A program made the position numbers and the translations under genes. Shown one piece after another: positions 9,940-17,148 of a DNA stretch of 40,767 nucleotides. The number at the start of each line of letters is the position of its first letter. Position 1 is the stretch's first letter. The notes beneath the pieces were generated by a model. That model saw only the letters and a list, made by a program, of their open reading frames with translations. It did no database searches and was not told the DNA's origin. Source of the stretch: Candidatus Bathyarchaeia archaeon (GTDB taxonomy: Archaea; Thermoproteota; Bathyarchaeia; Bathyarchaeales; Bathycorpusculaceae); assembly GCA_050012755.1 (NCBI GenBank), contig JBEKGO010000024.1, positions 1 through 40,767 of the forward strand, read 5' to 3'.

Positions 9940-10097
9940 CGGAGGTTTCCGTTTATGGGGTCTGCTCTAAGCCTGTGAGAATCCATTGCATCTTCAAAAT
10001 CCAGACAAGATTCGCCCGTTTTCTCTGGTTCTCTCAAGGAACAGCGTCCCTCCTTCCAGTTTATACAAGTTTTTTTCTCACAGGAAGGATAACTCAT
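9936..10097 (-). CDS. 53-aa four-cysteine microprotein (not in ORF track)
   Basis: [57 protein letters not shown] just upstream; fills the intergenic gap downstream of trmB. Confidence 0.6.
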   Translation of the reverse strand: MSYPSCEKKTCINWKEGRCSLREPEKTGESCLDFEDAMDSHRLRADPINGNLR

Positions 10098-10184
10098 TAA
10101 GACTCCTTCAGAAAGAAACTAAGAAAGATTCTGATTTTTAACGTTCTATTCCATACCATATGAAGACCTTGGTTATCACTAGTA

Positions 10185-10958
10185 TCAACAAGATGTTGCT
10201 TTGCTTGAGAAGTTAGGTCCGCAGCATCTTGGGTTGTCATAGTAGTCGCGGCAAACCTGCATAAGGCTCTGGTCCTGAGTCAAAAGCGCACTTTCACTCG
10301 GCCAGTTAGTGAGCGTCACGAGATTTCTCATGTCTGAAATGAACATCGCTAGACTACAGTAAAGAATCCTAACCTCACCTAGGTCTGAGAGGTCTTGGCT
10401 ATTTGCGATTTCAGGAGTTACAGCTAAGTTAAGTTTAACTCTTCGTTTTTCTTTAGCGTCTCTCAATGCTGGGTGAATTTCCCTGACTACTTCAGGTAAT
10501 GTCATGAACATGGTTATTTCTTGCTTCGAAGCTTGAATTAGACTTTTCATGCGGTTGACGATACTTTTTTGTCCACGCAGGATGTAGGCGATTTCAAGTT
10601 CTTCAGGTTTCTCCGAGCTATCGTAGATCGGCGTCAACTTACTTGCAATGATATCGGCCTGCTTGATTTTCTCGTCTAGCTCGTCCTTTAGCTGCTGTTT
10701 GACGTTGGCAACCGCTTCATTTGGTGCAATGGGACGATAAACTGCCGGAGTGCTTTGCTGCATAGTAAGCATACCTTTTTTTGACAAGCTATCTAGTGCA
10801 TAGTATATTTTTGAGTCAGGGATTTTGGTTTCATTACAGAGCGCACTCGCTGTTATGTTGGGATGCGCCAAAAGTGCGATGTACGTTAGGGCTTCGTGGG
10901 TTGAGAGCCCGAGGTCTTTGAGCTGTGAGACTATCTGATTTAACGCACCATTTTCCAT
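10185..10958 (-). CDS. TrmB-family transcriptional regulator with Cys-rich C-terminus
   Basis: LKDLGLSTHEALTYIALL...IPDSKIYYALDSLSKKG wHTH plus effector domain; tail VCRDYYDNPRCCGPNFSSKATSC. Confidence 0.9.
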   Translation of the reverse strand: MENGALNQIVSQLKDLGLSTHEALTYIALLAHPNITASALCNETKIPDSKIYYALDSLSKKGMLTMQQSTPAVYRPIAPNEAVANVKQQLKDELDEKIKQADIIASKLTPIYDSSEKPEELEIAYILRGQKSIVNRMKSLIQASKQEITMFMTLPEVVREIHPALRDAKEKRRVKLNLAVTPEIANSQDLSDLGEVRILYCSLAMFISDMRNLVTLTNWPSESALLTQDQSLMQVCRDYYDNPRCCGPNFSSKATSC

Positions 10959-11006
10959 CGCTATTAGCCTTCTACTGTTTTCTGATAAGTATATGTGAGA
11001 AAACTG

Positions 11007-11040
11007 TTATATAGTTTTTTCTACTACTAAAAAGTAGTAG
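11007..11040 (+). promoter_or_regulatory. hgcA promoter: TATA (TTATATA, 11007-11013) and perfect operator palindrome CTACTACT-AAAA-AGTAGTAG (11021-11040)
   Basis: 8-bp perfect inverted repeat between the TATA box and the hgcA ATG. Confidence 0.8.
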
Positions 11041-11051
11041 AGAATGAGAAC

Positions 11052-12101
11052 ATGAGTAAACAATCATGTAACTGCACTGACGCAAAAACAGGCACAAACG
11101 TGCCAGACAAATCACTTCCAGAAATACTACCAACAAGCTGGTCAACAGGCAATGCTGAATTAAAAGATCACATTCTAGCCCGCTTGGGTGTCTATCGACT
11201 AAATCACCGCGTAGCACCTGGTTTGTACTCTTTAGGACAGCCAACTCAAAAGTCGCCCGTCTTTGTCTCCGCAAATTATACTTTGAGCTTTGATGCATTG
11301 CGGTCTTCTTTGAAGGAGACTGACGCCTACATCCTGGTTTTGGATACACAGGGAGTTAACGTTTGGTGCGCTGCAGGCAAAGGTACCTTCGGCACCGACG
11401 AGTTAGTAAGCAAAATAAAAACCACCAATCTTGCCGATGTCGTCTCCCACAGAAATCTAATTCTGCCACAGCTTGGCGCCTCGGGCGTTAACAGCTTTGA
11501 AGTGGAAAAACAAAGCGGCTTCAAAGTTGAGTATGGACCCGTGCGAGCTAATGACCTTCAAGAATATCTAAAAACTGGCAATGCAACCTCTGAAATGCGC
11601 CAAGTAAAATACACACTCAAAGACCGCTTAGTGTTAATACCCGTTGAACTTAGTGTTGCTGCCCTTCCACTTATTGCAGGCGTCATTGCTTTATACCTTC
11701 TTGGCGGCGTTTACCCTGCATCAGCGGTTGCTGTCTCGATGTTGGCAGGCACTGCCTTGTTTCCTATAGTTTTGCCTTGGCTGCCAACAAAAGACTTCAG
11801 CTCTAAAGGCTTCATGCTAGGAGCTATCTTAGCATTGCCCTTTGCAGCAGTTGCCTTTCTGTTTCACTCCGACTCGGTGATGTGGTTGCGAATCGCCTTG
11901 GGGTCGACTTACGTCTTCCTTATGGCGCCAGTCACAGCCTACCTTGCATTGAACTTCACCGGTTCAACAACCTTCACAAGTCGAACTGGCGTTAAGAAAG
12001 AAATCTTCCGCTACATTCCAGCCATGGCAGCATCACTAGTAATCGGCGCAGTATTAGCAGGAACAGTGATTGCTATGCATTATTTGGGAGGTGCAATTTA
12101 A
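11052..12101 (+). CDS. hgcA: Mercury methylation corrinoid protein HgcA
   Basis: Cap-helix motif NVWCAAGK; PGLY, ANYTLSFD, LILPQLGA, YGPVRA; C-terminal TM domain with NFTGSTTFTSRTGVKKEI; overlaps hgcB. Confidence 0.95.
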   Translation: MSKQSCNCTDAKTGTNVPDKSLPEILPTSWSTGNAELKDHILARLGVYRLNHRVAPGLYSLGQPTQKSPVFVSANYTLSFDALRSSLKETDAYILVLDTQGVNVWCAAGKGTFGTDELVSKIKTTNLADVVSHRNLILPQLGASGVNSFEVEKQSGFKVEYGPVRANDLQEYLKTGNATSEMRQVKYTLKDRLVLIPVELSVAALPLIAGVIALYLLGGVYPASAVAVSMLAGTALFPIVLPWLPTKDFSSKGFMLGAILALPFAAVAFLFHSDSVMWLRIALGSTYVFLMAPVTAYLALNFTGSTTFTSRTGVKKEIFRYIPAMAASLVIGAVLAGTVIAMHYLGGAI

Positions 12102-12379
12102 TGTTCAACTCCTACCAACAAACCACCCTACAATACGACAAAGCAAAATGCGTCGGTTGCGGTAAATGTAGCACCGTTTGCCCACACAGAGTCTTCACCC
12201 AATATGGAAACAAAGCAGAGCTTATAGATGCCTCAGCTTGCATGGAATGTGGCGCTTGCCAACTTAACTGCCCCGCAGGTGCAATAAGCGTAGACAGCGG
12301 AGTAGGATGCGCAGGCGGAATGATTCGGGCAGCCCTTAGAGGAGAAAAACTTGATAAAGCCAACTGCACCTGCGGATAA
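12101..12379 (+). CDS. hgcB: Mercury methylation ferredoxin HgcB
   Basis: CVGCGKCSTVCPH, CMECGACQLNCP, GVGCA and C-terminal CTC; TAATG stop/start overlap with hgcA. Confidence 0.93.
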   Translation: MFNSYQQTTLQYDKAKCVGCGKCSTVCPHRVFTQYGNKAELIDASACMECGACQLNCPAGAISVDSGVGCAGGMIRAALRGEKLDKANCTCG

Positions 12380-12498
12380 AAGAGATAACGAATACATGAG
12401 CGAGCCAGAGCTCGCCTTCAAAATAAGACAATCTCAATTTTACGACAAGAAAAGGAGAATTCGAATGAAATATATTCATAGGAATCAGACCCTTTAGT

Positions 12499-12936
12499 TT
12501 ATTGGGGTTCTAAGAGTACTGCAAGTCTGTCTTTGATGCTTTTTAGCTTGTCTATGTATGGAGCTATCTTTGATTTGTCAGATTTGGCTATGTCTTCGAG
12601 GTACAAGATGTAGCTGTTCATCTCTGTTACCATCTCATCCACCGTTCGTGGCTGTTTTGTTGACGTCCCCCACGGCCACATATAATCTTGGTCAGCTTTC
12701 TCTGTGAGCTCATATTTGCCGTCTTCTCGTTTTTGAATGATTCCCTCTTTTTGCATTTCATCTAGCAACGGATATACCGAGCCTGGAGAAGGTCTCCACC
12801 ACCCTTGGCTCATCATTTCTATCTGATCTATTAACTCGGCACCATTTCTCGGCGCCTGACGCAGCATTGAGACCAGCATCATTCGTAAGCCTCCTCTTCT
12901 GTGAGGCCCCATGCCCATTCTTGGGTTAAACCACAT
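12499..12936 (-). CDS. PadR-family transcriptional regulator
   Basis: RGGLR...GAELIDQI...WRPSPGSVYPLL...YELTEK. GGAGGTGAT RBS supports a start at 12936. Confidence 0.9.
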   Translation of the reverse strand: MWFNPRMGMGPHRRGGLRMMLVSMLRQAPRNGAELIDQIEMMSQGWWRPSPGSVYPLLDEMQKEGIIQKREDGKYELTEKADQDYMWPWGTSTKQPRTVDEMVTEMNSYILYLEDIAKSDKSKIAPYIDKLKSIKDRLAVLLEPQ

Positions 12937-12965
12937 TTCTATATCACCTCCAACCATCCTAAGTT

Positions 12966-12983
12966 ATATCGATTATTCGATAT
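12966..12983. promoter_or_regulatory. Putative PadR auto-operator ATATCGA-N4-TCGATAT
   Basis: 7-bp perfect inverted repeat about 30 bp upstream of the padR start. Confidence 0.55.
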
Positions 12984-13094
12984 CGTTTATACGATGTACA
13001 AATCAATAAATGTTTCGGTTTTTGGCAGTTATTTAATTCTAAACATCGCGTGGTGCGCTGAGTAAAGTCTTCGTTTCCAACTCAGCTCTTTGTT

Positions 13095-13310
13095 TCAGTT
13101 TATATTTGCATCTATAATATCTTCTAAATCCCCTGTTCTGACAAAAATGAGTGCTTGAACCTCGCCTTCCTTCTCATAGCTTATGATGGCAAGCTTATCT
13201 CCGCCTTTTACGGAAAGTTTACTTCTCAATTCGTTAGGCAGTACAAATTGCCCTCGTTTACCAACGGTTACTATCCCTTCGATCTTGTACTGAATGTCAA
13301 CTTCGCTCAT
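13095..13310 (-). CDS. AbrB/MazE-fold protein resembling HgcAB-associated HgcC but lacking cysteines
   Basis: IVTVGKRGQFVLPNELRSKL-x3-GGDKLAIISYEKEGEV; lies about 0.7 kb from hgcB. Confidence 0.75.
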   Translation of the reverse strand: MSEVDIQYKIEGIVTVGKRGQFVLPNELRSKLSVKGGDKLAIISYEKEGEVQALIFVRTGDLEDIIDANIN

Positions 13311-13333
13311 GTTCCCTTGCTCAACTGAGAGGT

Positions 13334-13912
13334 TCACGCCTGTGATTTAATCCAGTTCAGGATATTTGGTGGGTTTCTTTTTCCTGACCCGAATTTTACC
13401 CTTGGTTGACCTAAAATCAAGGGAACTTGCACTTCGTAGCCACTTGGCACTCCTGCAGCTTTCAAGACATCGGGGTTTTTCTGGTTCATTATATCAATGA
13501 AGCCCATATAGCATGTTCCCAACTCTAATTCATACGCTTTCAAGAACATGTTTTGAGCTGCAAGCACACTGTCAAGCAAATTAAGCCGACTGCGAATTGG
13601 GTCAGCAACTTCGGTACATATTAGAACTAGAACGGGAGCATTGTAGCAAACAACATCAGCATCTGTCTGAAAGAAAGAGCCGTAGCGTTTTTGTCCTTCC
13701 GGTGATTCGTTGAAGAATTCTTTAGTTTTGTCTGAAACTAGCTTAATTACGCTCTCGTCCTCGATTATAATGAAACGCCAAGGTTGTACGTTGGTTGCGC
13801 TAGGTGCCCAGACGGCAGCTTCCAAGATGGCTTCAATTTTCTCTTTCGGTATCGGCTTATCTGCAAACGCTCTTACACTTCTTCTACTTTTAATGCAATT
13901 GTCAAGTTCCAT
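13334..13912 (-). CDS. Nitroreductase family protein
   Basis: IKSRRSVRAF, APSATNVQPWRF, AAQNMFLKA, LGTCYMG. Confidence 0.92.
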   Translation of the reverse strand: MELDNCIKSRRSVRAFADKPIPKEKIEAILEAAVWAPSATNVQPWRFIIIEDESVIKLVSDKTKEFFNESPEGQKRYGSFFQTDADVVCYNAPVLVLICTEVADPIRSRLNLLDSVLAAQNMFLKAYELELGTCYMGFIDIMNQKNPDVLKAAGVPSGYEVQVPLILGQPRVKFGSGKRNPPNILNWIKSQA

Positions 13913-13930
13913 TTTTTTCCCTCTATTTTT

Positions 13931-13962
13931 CTACTTACAAAAAGTAGTAGTAAGCTATTTAA
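13931..13962 (-). promoter_or_regulatory. Second copy of the hgcA operator (CTACTACT-TTTT-GTAAGTAG on minus strand, 13931-13950) just downstream of TATA TTAAATA
   Basis: 17/20 identical to 11021-11040; also positioned between the TATA box and the start codon. Confidence 0.7.
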
Positions 13963-14012
13963 GGCTAATCTGATTCTTTCTTACTAGAAAAAGGAAGAAA
14001 GCTGCCTCAAGC

Positions 14013-14357
14013 TTAGATTCGATTTTGAGTTGGAGTTGCAGGATTGATTGCTTTCTGTATTACTTCGGTTAGTTTCTCGATAGAGGGCACGCCGCCGTAG
14101 AGTACCAATTCGCGGTTTATGAACAAAGCAGGCATTACATCCATGCCATACTTGTTAAGGAGAGGCTGCAATTTTCGGAGATACTCAGCTTTGGGGCTGT
14201 AGATCGCAGTGGTAAAAGTTAATAGTTCCAATTCGGCGTCGATTTTTGCTTTGGCTAGCACTTCTCTTATTTTCACTTTGTATTGCTGGTCAAGGGGTGC
14301 TAATGATGGATTGCAGCATGAGGCTGAAAGAATATCGATTTGCATTTTACTGCTCAT
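14013..14357 (-). CDS. ArsD-like / thioredoxin-fold metallochaperone
   Basis: ASCCNP vicinal Cys; MPALFINRELVLYGGVPS; overlaps the arsA stop. Confidence 0.7.
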   Translation of the reverse strand: MSSKMQIDILSASCCNPSLAPLDQQYKVKIREVLAKAKIDAELELLTFTTAIYSPKAEYLRKLQPLLNKYGMDVMPALFINRELVLYGGVPSIEKLTEVIQKAINPATPTQNRI

Positions 14358-15264
14358 AAAGGTACTCTCCCACCTTTCGCAGGTTTTGAATTCCATAGAC
14401 ATCGGTTTCGAAGAGAGGAACTTCTTTTTGCAGTATTCCATTGAACCTGGTGGCTATTTCTTTGAAGTATTTTTCCTGTGTGGCCCTTCGTTTTTCCAAG
14501 AACCAGTTGCCCTTAAGAACGTCGGGCGGAATTACTTCGTTGACGATTAATGCCGGGACTTTTACACCAAAGTTTGACAGGTCGCTAATTGCCCGCGCTG
14601 TCTCTTCAATTGGCAACCTTTCGGGTAACAGGACAAGGTTGAATGCAGCTATGTTTTCATCTGATAGGCTCTTCACTGCCTGGTCGTATCGCAGTTTCTC
14701 TTTTTTCAATCGTTCCAGCGTCTGTTCATCGTTAGCCACACCCAATGCCACTGCCAGTTCCTTGCGATTATTAATCTGGCTTGTCATGTAGACTGACCAG
14801 TCAAACGGCATAGATAGCTCCCTTAGCGTTTTACCTGTAGGTGCCGTGTCGAAAACCACGCGGTCATGCTCAGTATCGCCGAGATAGGTAACGAATTGGT
14901 CAAAAGCAGCCATCTCTTCTGCACAGGGAGTGCTGACGGCTTCTTTTCCGAAAAGACCCTCAAAGCCCTGCATCATTCCTTCTAGTCTCTTTTGAAAAAC
15001 ACCAGTTGCTTTTTTAGGGTTGATGTTTAAGCCGCAAAGGTTTTTCACAGTTTCTATCTTGGTGATTTCTGTTTCGCTGATTTTCTGTTCATATGTAGCT
15101 GAAAGGCTAACTGTAGGGTCCGTGGCTACGATAAGGGTTTTGTAGCCGTTGTCGGCCAACCATGTTGCTGTAGCCGCGGCCATTGTGGTTTTTCCTACGC
15201 CTCCTTTTCCGCCGAAGAACAGGAATTTTCGGTTTTCTACTATTTCTCTTAGGTTTTTCTGCAT
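14347..15264 (-). CDS. arsA: ArsA/GET3-family ATPase (single ATPase domain)
   Basis: GKGGVGKTT, STPCAEEMAAFD, FDTAPTG. Confidence 0.88.
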   Translation of the reverse strand: MQKNLREIVENRKFLFFGGKGGVGKTTMAAATATWLADNGYKTLIVATDPTVSLSATYEQKISETEITKIETVKNLCGLNINPKKATGVFQKRLEGMMQGFEGLFGKEAVSTPCAEEMAAFDQFVTYLGDTEHDRVVFDTAPTGKTLRELSMPFDWSVYMTSQINNRKELAVALGVANDEQTLERLKKEKLRYDQAVKSLSDENIAAFNLVLLPERLPIEETARAISDLSNFGVKVPALIVNEVIPPDVLKGNWFLEKRRATQEKYFKEIATRFNGILQKEVPLFETDVYGIQNLRKVGEYLYEQ

Positions 15265-15300
15265 ATATTGGTCACTCCGATATTGTGATATCCGATGTGT

Positions 15301-15527
15301 TTATAAGTTTTCGTGTCGGCATCCGATAGCGGCACACAAATCGCAGACGAGGCAGTCAGAGATTACGCGGCTCACTTCAGACGAAAATAATTCTGATCCT
15401 AAAGAATGAGCAGCTTTGCGGAGTGGAAATCATGCGCCGACTTAGAATAAAAATTCCAAGAACAATCTATCCTGAACTTGAGGTTTTAAGAAAGAAAGGC
15501 TTGATCATCACAAAGTTGAAACAAAAA
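15301..15527 (+). pseudogene. Decayed copy of the promoter and N-terminal wHTH of the 16169 PadR-like gene
   Basis: 15301-15328 matches 16141-16168 at 26/28. ATG is replaced by GCG and there is a +1 frameshift. Encodes LCGVEIMRRLRIKIPRTIYPELEVLRKKGL versus LCGVDIMRQLRIKSPGTIYPVLEVLRNKGL. Confidence 0.8.
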
Positions 15528-16001
15528 TTAATGGAGTTTTTTTGTCAATTCAGCGATCCTCTGCCCCTGCCGCAGGCATTGCCGTTTAACCCTGTCATCA
15601 GGCTTATTGATGGATACCGGCCCGTAGTGGTCGCCTTGTGGGTCGCCGTGAACAACCATACCCGCAACAAGCATTGCTTCTATTATACCCATAACTGTGG
15701 TTTCATTACCACCGCCGATATTTGCTGAACTTGAAAAAGCACCGCCTACTTTGCCGTCGAGTCTGCCATGGAAAATAATGGTGTCTTCGAAAAACTGCTG
15801 AAGCTGCACGGCCATGTGACCGTAATATGTCGGAGAACCCACGACAATCGCATCGTATTTAGGCAGGTCATCGGCTTTTACATTTTCGACAGATTTGCAG
15901 TCGGTTGATAAGCCGGCATCATTCATTGACTTGGCTATTATCTCGGCCATTTCTTTTGTATGACCGCTTCTCGAATAATAGATAACTATCCCGTTTGCCA
16001 T
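15528..16001 (-). CDS. Flavodoxin / WrbA-like NAD(P)H:quinone oxidoreductase
   Basis: YYSRSGHT, GSPTYYG, LDGKVGGAFSSS, GGNETT. Confidence 0.9.
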   Translation of the reverse strand: MANGIVIYYSRSGHTKEMAEIIAKSMNDAGLSTDCKSVENVKADDLPKYDAIVVGSPTYYGHMAVQLQQFFEDTIIFHGRLDGKVGGAFSSSANIGGGNETTVMGIIEAMLVAGMVVHGDPQGDHYGPVSINKPDDRVKRQCLRQGQRIAELTKKLH

Positions 16002-16140
16002 TTTTCTCGCACCTTTGACCTAGTTTTATGTCATTTCTTTTTTGTCTGTCTTCAGAACAGGAACTTGCGATTTTCAGCTATTCTTTTTAAATGTTTTCCT
16101 GTACATATTTGCCACACCAATATTGGATTAACCGATAAGC

Positions 16141-16168
16141 TTATAAGTTTTCGCGTCGGTATCCGATA
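16141..16168 (+). promoter_or_regulatory. TATA (TTATAAG) plus palindrome TCGG-N3-CCGA directly before an apparently leaderless ATG
   Basis: Conserved in the paralogous copy at 15301. Confidence 0.6.
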
Positions 16169-16924
16169 ATGGTGTTCAAGGTGGAAACGTCAAAATCTGA
16201 AATCGCCGGTTCACTTCAAGTAAAAATAATGATGGTTCTGAGAGATGAAAGACTTTGCGGGGTAGACATCATGCGTCAACTCAGAATCAAGAGTCCTGGC
16301 ACAATTTACCCAGTGCTTGAAGTTCTGAGAAATAAAGGGTTAGTCGATTATACAGTTGAAACGTCGGGGGCAGTTCGAAAGAAAGTATATTCCCTAACAA
16401 ATACTGGGAAAAAGGAAATTCGAGACCATCTAACTCAATCTGCAAGATTATGCTGCGACATCCCCGCGCACATCGCCAAAATCTTAGAAAACGCAAGGGG
16501 TTTGGTAGAAATCAAACGCCACCAAAAAGTCCTCTGCACTCTAGAATATGAGGAGATCAAGCATTTCCTAAAAGGCGCCGACATAACCTTTTCAAGCGAT
16601 CTAAGCGTTCCCGCAGATTCCTATGAAATGGCATTGAGTTTTTTGGGGGTCCGATGCTTAATTGGCAAAGAAAACACAGACATCGCCGATTACGTGAAGC
16701 GCCTGTACAAAAGCTTGAAGAGGGGTGGTTCTCTGTTAGCTATCGAAATTGAAAAAACGGATAACCTGTTCAGCCAAATCCTATTTAATGATGTTTATGG
16801 TTTAAAGGAACCTCCAGGATTGCAAACGGAGGAATTAAAGAGCATTCTGGAAAAAAATGGATTTGCCACTGCGAAGGTCACAAGCAAAAATGGCTTGCTT
16901 TATGCTGTTGCAAAGAAAACATAA
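16169..16924 (+). CDS. PadR-like wHTH fused to a degenerate class I SAM-methyltransferase-like domain
   Basis: SPGTIYPVL...RKKVYSLTNTG; RLCCD linker; RLYKSLKRGGSLLAIE...LEKNGF MTase-like C-half with no clear GxGxG. Confidence 0.75.
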   Translation: MVFKVETSKSEIAGSLQVKIMMVLRDERLCGVDIMRQLRIKSPGTIYPVLEVLRNKGLVDYTVETSGAVRKKVYSLTNTGKKEIRDHLTQSARLCCDIPAHIAKILENARGLVEIKRHQKVLCTLEYEEIKHFLKGADITFSSDLSVPADSYEMALSFLGVRCLIGKENTDIADYVKRLYKSLKRGGSLLAIEIEKTDNLFSQILFNDVYGLKEPPGLQTEELKSILEKNGFATAKVTSKNGLLYAVAKKT

Positions 16925-17148
16925 CTTTTTGCTCTTTGTCCTCTAAAAGTTTGTTCAGAGCTCCACGCAAAACTAAATCTTCATAAATCATTAAAAAACC
17001 AAGCAGTCTTCCCAGAGATATTCTTGCACATTTCCCAACAATTTTCGGATCCTAACGACCAATATACGTCTATTTCCTTTCCTGTTTTTAGGTATAACAA
17101 CATTTAAATTTTGATATATAGAATAGTCTAAAAGGGCTGGGCAAGAAA

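Noticed and set aside
11052-12101. Calling this gene the CFeSP gamma subunit (CdhE/AcsC)
   Set aside because: It lacks the N-terminal Fe-S and TIM-barrel domains, and has the NVWCAAGK cap helix, TM domain and adjacent HgcB.
15423-15728. 101-aa ORF as an intact gene
   Set aside because: Only its start derives from the PadR pseudogene; the rest is antisense to the flavodoxin gene.
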